DNA from: Coleofasciculus sp. B1-GNL1-01
GTDB lineage: Bacteria > Cyanobacteriota > Cyanobacteriia > Cyanobacteriales > Coleofasciculaceae
NCBI GenBank assembly: GCA_040220235.1
Contig: JAVJTO010000071.1
Direction: 5' to 3' (one strand)
DNA: 64,000 nt
This document shows positions 42,048 to 51,607 of the stretch, one piece after another. Each line of letters opens with the position of its first letter. Positions within the stretch are counted from its first letter, which is position 1. The notes beneath the pieces are model-generated. The model was not told the DNA's origin, did not search any database, and was given only the letters and a program-made list of their open reading frames with translations. Position numbers and translations under genes: made by a program.

Positions 42048-42305
42048 AATCGTGTTTTGATTGCCTAGGTAGATTTAAGTCATCAAGTTTACCGTAAGGG
42101 ATTCATGATTGGTGAGTCGTGAGTGATAATGAAGAAATTGTCCTGTAGAGGGGGAGATGGGGTGATGGGGTGATGGGAGAGATGGGGAAGATGGGAGACA
42201 AAAATTCTATAGTCCATTACCCTGTTCCCTGTTCCCTGTTCCCTGTTCCCTAACACATGACAAATGACGAATGACAAATGACAAATAACGAAGGAAAGTA
42301 AGCCA

Positions 42306-44003
42306 ATGTCAGACAACCTGAGAAGCAAAGTCGTTACCCAAGGTGTACAACGATCGCCAAATCGTGCCATGCTTCGTGCTGTCGGTTTTAGCGATCGCGA
42401 TTTTACTAAGCCAATCGTTGGGTTAGCGAATGGGTATAGTACCATTACGCCCTGTAATATGGGCATCAATGATTTAGCGCTAAGGGCAGAAGCCGGACTT
42501 AAACAAGCGGGGGCGATGCCGCAAGTCTTTGGTACTATTACGATTAGCGATGGTATCTCTATGGGCACCGAGGGGATGAAATATTCCCTGGTGTCGCGGG
42601 AAGTGATTGCTGACTCCATCGAAACCGTCTGTAATGGTCAAAGTATGGATGGGGTGCTGGCAATTGGTGGCTGTGATAAAAATATGCCTGGGGCGATGAT
42701 TGCGATCGCGCGGCTGAATATTCCGGCTATTTTTGTCTATGGGGGAACGATTAAACCTGGACATCTGGATGGACAAGATTTAACCGTTGTCAGCGCCTTT
42801 GAAGCAGTGGGACAACATAGCGCGGGTAAGATTACAGAAGAACAACTGGTAGCTGTCGAACGAAACGCTTGTCCCGGTGCGGGTTCCTGTGGGGGAATGT
42901 TCACGGCTAACACTATGTCCTCGGCATTTGAAGCGATGGGGATGAGTTTACCCTATTCCTCGACGATGGCAGCAGAAGATGCCGAAAAAGCAGACAGTAC
43001 GGAAAAATCGGCGTTTGTTCTGGTTGATGCGATTCGGCAGCAGATTCTCCCCCAACAGATTTTAACCCGCCAAGCGTTTGAAAATGCCATTTCGGTAATT
43101 ATGGCAGTGGGAGGATCAACGAATGCGGTACTGCATTTACTGGCAATTGCGCGGGCGATCGGGGTAGAGTTATCCCTAGACGACTTTGAAACAATTCGCG
43201 CTAGAGTTCCGGTACTGTGTGATCTTAAACCCAGTGGTCGATATGTAACCACGAATTTACACCAGGTTGGCGGTATTCCCCAAGTGATGAAAATGCTGCT
43301 AGTCCATGATTTATTACATGGTGATGCATTAACGATTACCGGGAAAACCCTAGCTGAAGTCTTAGCTGATGTACCCGATGAACCCCCCTCAGATCAAGAT
43401 GTGATTCGTCCCTGGGATAATCCCATGTATAGCCAAGGACACCTGGCGATTTTAAAAGGAAATTTGGCAACCGAAGGTGCGGTGGCGAAGATTACAGGCG
43501 TGAAAACGCCCCAAATCACAGGTCCTGCGCGAGTCTTTGAATCCGAGGAAGCCTGTCTGGATGCAATTTTGGCGGGTAAGATTCAGGCTGGAGATGTAGT
43601 TGTGGTGCGCTATGAGGGACCCAAAGGCGGTCCGGGAATGCGGGAAATGTTAGCACCCACGTCAGCAATTATTGGTGCAGGATTAGGGGATTCGGTGGGA
43701 TTAATTACCGATGGTCGCTTTTCTGGTGGGACCTATGGTATGGTAGTTGGTCATGTTGCCCCAGAAGCCGCCGTTGGAGGTGCGATCGCGTTAGTCGAAG
43801 AAGGGGATTCGATTACGATTGATGCTCCGGCGCGATTATTACAGATCAATATATCTGATCAGGAACTACAACAACGCCGCGCCAAGTGGCAACCTCCCAA
43901 ACCCCGATATACCAAAGGGGTGCTGGCGAAGTATGCCAAATTAGTGTCTTCTAGCAGTATAGGTGCGGTGACAGATTTTGAGTCTGTGATCAATCAGATA
44001 TAG
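42306..44003 (+). CDS. ilvD: Dihydroxy-acid dehydratase
   Basis: [25 protein letters not shown] and TDGRFSGG motifs. Confidence 0.98.
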   Translation: MSDNLRSKVVTQGVQRSPNRAMLRAVGFSDRDFTKPIVGLANGYSTITPCNMGINDLALRAEAGLKQAGAMPQVFGTITISDGISMGTEGMKYSLVSREVIADSIETVCNGQSMDGVLAIGGCDKNMPGAMIAIARLNIPAIFVYGGTIKPGHLDGQDLTVVSAFEAVGQHSAGKITEEQLVAVERNACPGAGSCGGMFTANTMSSAFEAMGMSLPYSSTMAAEDAEKADSTEKSAFVLVDAIRQQILPQQILTRQAFENAISVIMAVGGSTNAVLHLLAIARAIGVELSLDDFETIRARVPVLCDLKPSGRYVTTNLHQVGGIPQVMKMLLVHDLLHGDALTITGKTLAEVLADVPDEPPSDQDVIRPWDNPMYSQGHLAILKGNLATEGAVAKITGVKTPQITGPARVFESEEACLDAILAGKIQAGDVVVVRYEGPKGGPGMREMLAPTSAIIGAGLGDSVGLITDGRFSGGTYGMVVGHVAPEAAVGGAIALVEEGDSITIDAPARLLQINISDQELQQRRAKWQPPKPRYTKGVLAKYAKLVSSSSIGAVTDFESVINQI

Positions 44004-44105
44004 CACTACACATTGAGGTTAGGACAATAAAATTGGGTGAAAAGGCAACAGGCAATAGGCAATAGGCAACAGAGAAATGTCCTAACGTATCCCCGTAGTG
44101 CTATA
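43999..44105. mobile_element. MITE, TIR TATAGCACTAC..GTTAGGACA, with internal GGCAATA STRR
   Basis: Both TIRs visible; the left TIR contains the ilvD stop codon. A related single end lies at about 48588-48614. Confidence 0.8.
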
Positions 44106-44411
44106 ACGGATTGATGGGATGATCAGGGAGTTAAGAGGAATGGCACTGACTTAAGCTATTTTGGACCACCGAAACCCTTGATCTACCGTAGGGTGGGTTT
44201 CGACTTCGCTCAACCCACCAGCCTTAATTCAGTATCATTCGAGTTAAGAGAGCAGAAGGTATCGAAATTCATCCCTTCTGCCCTCTACCCTCTGCCCTGA
44301 AGCCTTTCTGCGGTGAATTTTTCTTTTTTGCACATAATTGTTAAAATATGAAACAATTGTAATATTTTGTAGCGATTTTGGGATTAGAAGCCCATTAAGC
44401 AGTAATAGATT

Positions 44412-44585
44412 ATGGCAGATAGAACAACAACCAAAAATAAAAGCACTCAAGCTGAAACACAACAAGCGCTAGCGAGACGAAATCAAAGTACAACCGCGCT
44501 GGATGTTCAGCCTTTACCGAATAATCGTCCGATTGCGTCTAATGCGACTGAATCGAGCGATGAACTCATGGGCTATTTGGACTAA
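44412..44585 (+). CDS. Small 57-aa hypothetical protein
   Basis: ATG...TAA, MADRTTTK...LPNNRPIASN...LMGYLD; below the ORF-track size cutoff. Confidence 0.6.
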   Translation: MADRTTTKNKSTQAETQQALARRNQSTTALDVQPLPNNRPIASNATESSDELMGYLD

Positions 44586-44600
44586 TTCACTATTGGCTAG

Positions 44601-44800
44601 ACAGACAGATCCCCGACTTCTTCAAGAAGTCGGGGATCTTGCTTAGAGACTGTACCTCATCAACCTGAAATCTGCTGTAAGTTATGTTAACAAGCCTCAA
44701 ACCCTTACATAAACGAATGACGTAGCTTGCTTCTCGCGATAGCGAGTTCCCCACCGTTAACTTTAATTGTCCCCACCTACTTATTGTGTCCACCTACTTA
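44601..44800. mobile_element. Two fused MITE remnants
   Basis: 44601-44679 matches the 36546 MITE; 44678-44800 matches the 50460 MITE, with a doubled CCACCTACTTA end. Confidence 0.75.
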
Positions 44801-46897
44801 AATATTAATGCTTTGGGGAATTTTTGAGGGTAGCAAATATCGGTAAGACACAAGCCTTTGACTATCTTCTTTGAGAATCGTCTCCTCGATTTCTGTTAGC
44901 TTTAGCTTGAACTTGTCCCAAGCTTTTTTTACCTGTGTATTCTGAAAATGTGAGCCAGAATAATCGCCTAGTTTTGTATAGTAAACTGAGCCAAGCAAAT
45001 AAAGGACTTGTATTTGCAGTTCAGCTCGTTCTAACGGCGGTAGTAACTCCATAAAATCTTGATCCTGTTGGGAGTTTGTCGGTGCTGGGGAATAGCAACC
45101 TAAAGGAAATGCTGGTGCATAGCTCATCAAGCCACTTTGGGGAAAATTAACCGCCGCATGTTGAACACTAGCTGTAAAGATAATGGTAGAGATAGCCTGG
45201 ACTAGATAATCTAGGGTTGTAATTCGACCATCACCTTCTTCTCCAATATTACAGTGTCCTTTAGAACTCAACTCACCCGCCCAATTTTGTAGTTGTAAAT
45301 CTGTCTCTACAGACATATCACTAGAGTAGAACAGTTCTAAATAGTCCTGCACCCACTGATTAATCGCATCCCAAATCCGTTGCCCATCATCTCGGTAAGG
45401 ATAAATGGGTAGCTGTTTGGAATTATTAACACCGCGTTTTTCTAACGTTCGAGGGAAAGCCGCTTCATTAAAATTAGCTAAGTGGCTTTGGGCTTCTTTG
45501 ATAGCTAGCTGAGTGTTACTGCCAATCGTGGCACTTAATAGGGAGTCTACAGCACCTTTTGGAGCTAATAAGCGGTTATGGGCGCCATAATTAATTAATA
45601 TCGTACCTTCCAGATGAGGTTTCAATAAACGTCTTACCTGATGATTTTGATCAGTAAAACAGCGATTAGTGGCAAGAACAAACGGCTCAATAAATAAGTG
45701 GGTCTGAGCTAAGTGAGAAATCAGTTCATGATAATTACTGTCTGCCATTTGTAAGACGGTTTTAGCTGCCATCCAGCTATCTCCATCTAGAGGTGTAAAA
45801 ATATCCCCTACTGCCTGTTGACAACGAATGGCTATCGATAGTAAATTCTGATCGGGATGCTTATCGGGTGGTACGGCAAATAATGCTACAGGATCGTAAC
45901 TATACTTTTGAATTCCGCCAAAACTACCATTCGTTAGAGTGCCTAGCTTAGAATAGTCTGATAAATAAAGTCGTCCTTCTTGTAGTGCTGCCTCTAGAGA
46001 ATCCTGGGGTACGATCGTTTGGTATTGTTCGTTGGTAATTGGCAGGCGGGAATCGAATTTTTCGATTTTTTTGAGCATAACTGGGTTGGAACCAGCTACT
46101 TGCATATAAGCAAAAACTTTATCTTGTTGAAAGTTATTTAATGTTGCTGGCTTGATTTTTAACGGATCAATTAATTTTTCGTAATCCTTTAGAGTAGGAT
46201 TAGGCTCAGCCGTTTCAAACAGCGTTGTAAATTCTGGTTCATTGTCAATTAATTCCCGCCCTAAAATCCTAGTAATCTCCCGAAGATTCCGATATAATCC
46301 TTCGTCAGCTTGTTCAACGTCATCAGCTTTTAAGGAAATGGCAGAGTCTTGCGGTAAATTTTGGTTTAGCGAAGCCTGTATTTCTCGGTCAATTTCATCA
46401 AATCTCTCTTGGGATTGACTGAGATTGGTTTCAAATTGGAGAATAGTTTCAGTCTGTGGAAATAGTTCGGGTTGTTCGTCAGTATCAGCTAATCCTAAGG
46501 CTGATTTCAAATTCAACACAGCCTCCGTCAAATCTACTTGTTCCTTGGCGGCTTCGATTTGTTTATAAATTGACTCTAATAAATTAATTTTCTTTTCTTT
46601 TTGCTCAAAAATAGATAGATTGAGAGAATCAGTCGGCTTTTTAGCTTTAGCCAAAAGACTGAGTTGAGTTAGCACTAAACTCACCCATTTTTCACTAGGC
46701 AGTTCATCTTTTGTCGGTAAAGCCGGTAGTTGTGGTATTGGGCTAGGCGGCACCTCTGTCATCGCCAGAGGAGCTAGAACCTCATAGTCATATTCATATT
46801 TATTAGATAAAATTAACCAACTCGAAAGGCGATTATCCGCCAAAATAGTTATAAAGCGATAGAGTTCTTCAAGAGTTTCTTGAATCAGCGGTGACAT
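44798..46897 (-). CDS. Lipoxygenase
   Basis: W..AK, NYHELISHLAQTHL, QHAAVNF and C-terminal SINI iron-ligand motifs. Confidence 0.93.
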   Translation of the reverse strand: MSPLIQETLEELYRFITILADNRLSSWLILSNKYEYDYEVLAPLAMTEVPPSPIPQLPALPTKDELPSEKWVSLVLTQLSLLAKAKKPTDSLNLSIFEQKEKKINLLESIYKQIEAAKEQVDLTEAVLNLKSALGLADTDEQPELFPQTETILQFETNLSQSQERFDEIDREIQASLNQNLPQDSAISLKADDVEQADEGLYRNLREITRILGRELIDNEPEFTTLFETAEPNPTLKDYEKLIDPLKIKPATLNNFQQDKVFAYMQVAGSNPVMLKKIEKFDSRLPITNEQYQTIVPQDSLEAALQEGRLYLSDYSKLGTLTNGSFGGIQKYSYDPVALFAVPPDKHPDQNLLSIAIRCQQAVGDIFTPLDGDSWMAAKTVLQMADSNYHELISHLAQTHLFIEPFVLATNRCFTDQNHQVRRLLKPHLEGTILINYGAHNRLLAPKGAVDSLLSATIGSNTQLAIKEAQSHLANFNEAAFPRTLEKRGVNNSKQLPIYPYRDDGQRIWDAINQWVQDYLELFYSSDMSVETDLQLQNWAGELSSKGHCNIGEEGDGRITTLDYLVQAISTIIFTASVQHAAVNFPQSGLMSYAPAFPLGCYSPAPTNSQQDQDFMELLPPLERAELQIQVLYLLGSVYYTKLGDYSGSHFQNTQVKKAWDKFKLKLTEIEETILKEDSQRLVSYRYLLPSKIPQSINI

Positions 46898-46944
46898 CTA
46901 TTTCTCCTTGATTGCTGGGGTGTTGTTAAAAATTTGTTGGCTCA

Positions 46945-47120
46945 ATTCTTGTCATCTGCCTATTGTGACATCCTCCTACACCGAATCAAAGATTACGGTG
47001 TAGGCTTCCTTTGTCGTAGCTTTTTACGACTACGCTTCCGGCGTTTTATAGTTGGGAATATGCCCAGCCCAACTCTCTTGATGTTAATCGCGGCGTTCCA
47101 GTCCCGATCCAAAATCAATC
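46945..47120 (-). ncRNA. Predicted TnpB omega/reRNA with flanking guide AAUAGGCAGAUGACAAGAAU
   Basis: Established TnpB architecture: the RNA overlaps the tnpB 3' end and right end and continues into the flank. The 5' end is a guess. Confidence 0.55.
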
Positions 47121-48490
47121 CGCATAAGCACTCATGCATTCGGACTGATAAATCTTTCTTGACCAAGCGATTACAACAAGAGCATACCTGGCTTGTTTCA
47201 TGAGGTTTAACCTTCACCACCGCTTTACCAGCTTTCGCAGCTTTGTAAGCGAGAATTGATAGAAATTGACCCCAGCCAGCATCATTGATTGATTTGTTTA
47301 AACCTGATTTAGCACTTTGTCCATTAGGTAAATATTTTCCTTTTTCATCCTGTTTAGGCTTGTTTTTTCGGGACAAGTTTCCCGGCTTGATGTCCTCCAC
47401 AAAGAATACTTTCTCATCCCGACCCACCAGCTTTGCCGCCGATTCATAATGGAATTGCTTCCGCTTGCGCTGTAGCCTCTGATGGTGCTTTGATATCTTT
47501 TTTGCTAGTTTCCGCTCCCGAGCTGATTTGTGAGGCTTTTTATCCTTGCGGTTAGCCAAAGAAGCCAACTTTAGCTCAGACTTGCGATAATGCTGCTGAA
47601 TTGGCTCAATCTCCCCGTCCGAGGCTGTCCAGAATTTCTCCAAACCAACGTCCAAACCCAGAGAGTTTTCTTGTGTTGCTTCTATCTCTGGTGATTTCAG
47701 ACTAGGGACAGACTTATCCTCTAGAGTTAAGGTTATATACCATCCGTCAGCACGACGTGACACCAGTGCCGCCTTAATCGTAAACCCTTCCGGGATTGGA
47801 CGGTGGTAGATGAGTTTCACCTGACCTACCTTGGGTAGGTTGATATAGGCAATGTCGCGCCGTGTACCGCCGTTTTTGCGACAATGCGGGTTAGGAGTAA
47901 CGGTGAGGCAACCTGGTTTCAACTGAGGAATAGAAAATGTCCGATATCGCCGCACCGACTTAAACCGAGGTTTTCCGCTTCGCTTCCCATTTAGATCACC
48001 TTTAATAAACCGATTAAACGTATCTTCTACTCGCTTAATCGCTTCCTGAATTACCTGCGAATGAACTCCCTCGTATAGGTACTTACAAGTTTCTCTTGAC
48101 CAATGAGTAGCTCGTTTCTGGGAATAATAAGTTGGTTGGTCTTTAAGTTCTGGCAAATGAGTGATAAAAATCGGGCAAGCATTGACTGGGTGGCGGTTAC
48201 GCTCCCACCAGTTAAACCGTTCCTCTAGCATCAGATTGTGTATCCGATAAAGTTTATGCAGCCATTCATTTAGCTGATAAGCTTGTTGATTATTTGGCAC
48301 AATTCGATACTGGTAATTTAGTTTAAACGTGTCTTTACTTCGCTTCAACTTTTATCACCTCCTTAAGCTTAATTATAACACTTATAAACCAAAAAATTAG
48401 ATACAAGCAAACTTCTAACACTAGCGATTCATCCCACGCTCACCCTGAGCGGAGTCGAAGGGTAGAGCGCGGGGCTTCTCGCCGAATTAG
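46965..48490 (-). mobile_element. TnpB-only IS200/IS605-family element (IS1341-like)
   Basis: Right end GAAG-CCTACACCG..CGGTGTAGG-AGGATGTCAC at 46965-47008; left-end hairpin GAAG-CCCCGCGCTC..GAGCGTGGG at about 48425-48490; no tnpA. Left boundary is tentative. Confidence 0.85.
46993..48348 (-). CDS. tnpB: RNA-guided endonuclease TnpB
   Basis: N-terminal HTH, RuvC residues GLDVG, VED and DRDWNAAINI, and zinc finger CSCC..CLCG. Confidence 0.95.
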   Translation of the reverse strand: MKRSKDTFKLNYQYRIVPNNQQAYQLNEWLHKLYRIHNLMLEERFNWWERNRHPVNACPIFITHLPELKDQPTYYSQKRATHWSRETCKYLYEGVHSQVIQEAIKRVEDTFNRFIKGDLNGKRSGKPRFKSVRRYRTFSIPQLKPGCLTVTPNPHCRKNGGTRRDIAYINLPKVGQVKLIYHRPIPEGFTIKAALVSRRADGWYITLTLEDKSVPSLKSPEIEATQENSLGLDVGLEKFWTASDGEIEPIQQHYRKSELKLASLANRKDKKPHKSARERKLAKKISKHHQRLQRKRKQFHYESAAKLVGRDEKVFFVEDIKPGNLSRKNKPKQDEKGKYLPNGQSAKSGLNKSINDAGWGQFLSILAYKAAKAGKAVVKVKPHETSQVCSCCNRLVKKDLSVRMHECLCGLILDRDWNAAINIKRVGLGIFPTIKRRKRSRKKLRQRKPTP

Positions 48491-48618
48491 CTAACCCAAG
48501 TTGCTGATTAGCCGTGCGCTGTTTGTTTACAAAACTTAGCATCATTTGGTAAAGACGCACCATGGCGCGTCTCTACAATAGTTCGCTTGTCCTAATCGAT
48601 GTGTCTACTGCTATAAAC

Positions 48619-50235
48619 TCAACGAGAACCCGCACCACCTGATAGAAAACTGACGAGCTTTTTCAGTGCAGGAAAACTTTCTTTAGTGCCTTGACTGGAA
48701 AAGCCAATAATTTTGGAGAACTCCTTCTCAGATAATTCACCCGACTGATACTGTGCAAACGCATCAACAACCCGAATTAAATCGTCTACAGAAAACTCAA
48801 AACCTTGTTTCCTAGCAAAGTCTACCACCACTGGAGCATTATTCGTGAGGGCTTGCGCTTCTGCGGCGTCGAGTTCTGAATAACTACTAATGTCTCCATC
48901 GCCAACACCGAGTAATGTTCCCAGTTGTTGTTGGAGTTGTTTATCTTCGGCGGTTTTCTGCATAAACTGTAACACTTTTGGAACAGTCGTTGCTGGTTTT
49001 TCCACGGGAACCAATTGTCCATTAATTTTTTGGTAACGAGTTCCGCGATAGACAAACTCTAGAGTTTGTTTAATTGAGGGTAAACTTGCTGGTATCCCTT
49101 GATCAGACAATCCCAGAATTTTAGCTAACTCTTGATCGGATAGTTCATTGGATTTATATCGCACAAAGGCATCAACAACCGTTGTGAGTTGTTCAACGGA
49201 AAAGTCAAACCCATGTTGAGCCGCAAACTTCACCACTAACGGGGCGCGATCGCCAATTAAAGCGGCGGCTTCTTGCTGATCCAATTCGGAATAGCTACTT
49301 ATGTCGCCGTCACCGACTCCCAATAATGCTCCTAATTTTTGTTTAACTTCGGGATCGGAAGCCGTTTTCTGCATAAATTGCAGGACATTGGGTGTAGTAT
49401 CGACTGATTCATGTACGGGGACTAGCTTGCCATTAATGCGTTTATAACGAGTCCCCCGATATACATAGTCTAATGTTTTGGTAATTGAGGAGATACTTTC
49501 TTTTGTCCCTTTGTCGAGGTTAGATACACAAATAATCTTTGAGAAATCGTTAGCCGATATTTCGCCTGATTGATACTGTTGAAATGCATCTACCGTTGTT
49601 CTTAAGTCTTCAACGGAAAAGTTAAACCCTTGTTGGGCGGCAAACTTGACAACTAAGGGGGCGCGATCGCCTGTTAAAGCTTCGGCTTCTTGGACATCGA
49701 GTTCCATTTGACTACTGATATCCCCATCACCAACGCCCAACAGGGTGGCTAATTGTTGTTTTAAGCCCTGATCTTCTGATGTCTTTTGCATAAATTGCAG
49801 CACGCTGGGCGTAGAATTAGTGGGTTGGATCACCGGGACGAGTTTCCCATTAATTCGTTGATAGCGAGTTCCCCGATAGACAAATTCTAATGTCTTTTTA
49901 ATCGAGGGAATACTCTCTTTTGTGCCTTGATCGAGGTTGGATAATCCAATGCGTTGCGAGAACTCTGCTTCAGACAGTTCTCCTAACTGATATCGCCCAA
50001 ACGCATCAACAACGGTTCTTAAATCGTCAACAGAAAAATTAAACCCCTGCTGGGAGGCTAACTTGACGACTAAGGGGGCGCGATCGCCCGTCAAGGCTTC
50101 GGCTTCTGCGGGGTCCAGTTCAAACTGACTACTGATATCGCCATCGCCAACCCCTAGCACTTCCCCTAGGTGTTGCTGTAGCTGTTCATCTTCTGCGGTT
50201 CTCCGCATAAATTGCAAGGCTTTTGTCGTTGTCAT
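48619..50235 (-). CDS. Four-repeat protein of Nif11-like units
   Basis: Four units of about 140 aa (the last shorter): LQFM.KT..D..L.Q.L...GF.FSV.DL...ELS..E; start set at MTTTKAL. Confidence 0.8.
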   Translation of the reverse strand: MTTTKALQFMRRTAEDEQLQQHLGEVLGVGDGDISSQFELDPAEAEALTGDRAPLVVKLASQQGFNFSVDDLRTVVDAFGRYQLGELSEAEFSQRIGLSNLDQGTKESIPSIKKTLEFVYRGTRYQRINGKLVPVIQPTNSTPSVLQFMQKTSEDQGLKQQLATLLGVGDGDISSQMELDVQEAEALTGDRAPLVVKFAAQQGFNFSVEDLRTTVDAFQQYQSGEISANDFSKIICVSNLDKGTKESISSITKTLDYVYRGTRYKRINGKLVPVHESVDTTPNVLQFMQKTASDPEVKQKLGALLGVGDGDISSYSELDQQEAAALIGDRAPLVVKFAAQHGFDFSVEQLTTVVDAFVRYKSNELSDQELAKILGLSDQGIPASLPSIKQTLEFVYRGTRYQKINGQLVPVEKPATTVPKVLQFMQKTAEDKQLQQQLGTLLGVGDGDISSYSELDAAEAQALTNNAPVVVDFARKQGFEFSVDDLIRVVDAFAQYQSGELSEKEFSKIIGFSSQGTKESFPALKKLVSFLSGGAGSR

Positions 50236-50459
50236 CTCACTGCTCGATTTCGCAATTCTTAGTAAAGGGAAAATTGTACCTGAATTACATCCCCATTCAA
50301 TGGCTTTTAACAACTCTTAAACCTGATTGTTTAAGGTTTTGTTATTTTTTTATAGAATGTTCGCGATGAACAGTTTCTCCGCCACCCGTTCAGCCGATTT
50401 CAGCGCCGACTCCATCCCCGGAAATGCGATCGCGTTTTTGCCCTTTGATCATGTTGCTA

Positions 50460-50590
50460 TAAGTAGGTTGGTGGAAATAAATTTAACTAGATTAAGTTAT
50501 GTAAACAAGCCTCAAACCCTTACTGTTCCCTGTTCCCTGTTCCCTGTTCCCTAATCTCCACCGCTAACTTTAATTGTGTCCACCTACTTA
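50460..50590. mobile_element. MITE, TIR TAAGTAGGT/ACCTACTTA, with internal (TGTTCCC)n STRR
   Basis: TIRs visible; related ends at 16955 and 44790. Confidence 0.8.
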
Positions 50591-50601
50591 TTTAATGACT
50601 A

Positions 50602-51210
50602 ATGATGAAACTATACGATTTTTTACCGTCTGGAAACTGCTATAAGGTACGTTTGTTACTGACTCAACTTGGGATTTCGTTTGAGCGGGTAAACGTGAAT
50701 ATATTACAAGGAGAAAGCCGAATTCCTGAATTTATGCCCAAAAATCTCAATGGACGAGTTCCTGTGTTAGAAGTTGAACCGGGTAAATTTCTGGCAGAAT
50801 CCAATGCCATTTTATGTTATCTGAGCCACGGAACACCATTTCTACCTGATGATCCTTGGCAACGAGCAAAGGTACTCCAATGGTTATTTTTTGAACAATA
50901 TAGCCACGAACCCTATATCGCCACATCCAGATATTGGATCTCGATACTGGGAAAAGCAGATGAGTATCGGGAGGCTCTTGTGCAAAAACGCCAACCAGGT
51001 TATGCTGCGCTAACCGTGATGGACACTCACTTACAACAGCATAGATTTTTTGTGGGCGATCGCTATACCATAGCGGATATTGGCTTGTTTGCTTACACTC
51101 ATGTTGCGGATGAAGGCGGCTTTGATTTAAGCAAATTTCCCGCCATCCTGAGTTGGTTAGAACGGGTTACGCTTCAACCGGGACATATTCCCATCACCCC
51201 AAATAAGTAA
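50602..51210 (+). CDS. Glutathione S-transferase family protein
   Basis: SGNCYKVR, GRVPVL, ESNAIL and TIADI motifs. Confidence 0.94.
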   Translation: MMKLYDFLPSGNCYKVRLLLTQLGISFERVNVNILQGESRIPEFMPKNLNGRVPVLEVEPGKFLAESNAILCYLSHGTPFLPDDPWQRAKVLQWLFFEQYSHEPYIATSRYWISILGKADEYREALVQKRQPGYAALTVMDTHLQQHRFFVGDRYTIADIGLFAYTHVADEGGFDLSKFPAILSWLERVTLQPGHIPITPNK

Positions 51211-51607
51211 CCCATGTAACAATCAAGTTCGTAGTTGCGCTGTCTTCGCTATAATTCGAGCTAAAAACTCTGCAATACCCTGATCTGACCCCACCCTAAC
51301 CCTCCCCTTATCAAGGGGAGGGAACTCGAAAAGCTTTGGTTAGGTTGGTTCCTAATCTTGAAATTAATACTATGATTAAGATTGATCTGTCGAGAAAATA
51401 AATCAGGTCAGCGCATCTACTTGCAAATAAGTCACGACTCAAGTTGGTCAAGTTGCTGTGAATGCCGCCAAAGCATCCGATCTATTAACCCTCGTTGAAG
51501 CTCTCTACTCAGCCTTTCAATTGTTTGTAGAGAATTAAATGGGCATTGGCTGTACAAACTCCGCAACGAGACGACTAAGGGTTAGCCAAACATAAAGGTA
51601 AATTCAG

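Noticed and set aside
42089..42619. 176-aa minus-strand ORF
   Set aside because: Antisense to ilvD and continues through STRR sequence.
44053..44070. AATAGGCA match to the TnpB guide seed
   Set aside because: Only 8 nt, inside an STRR and without the candidate TAM; expected by chance.
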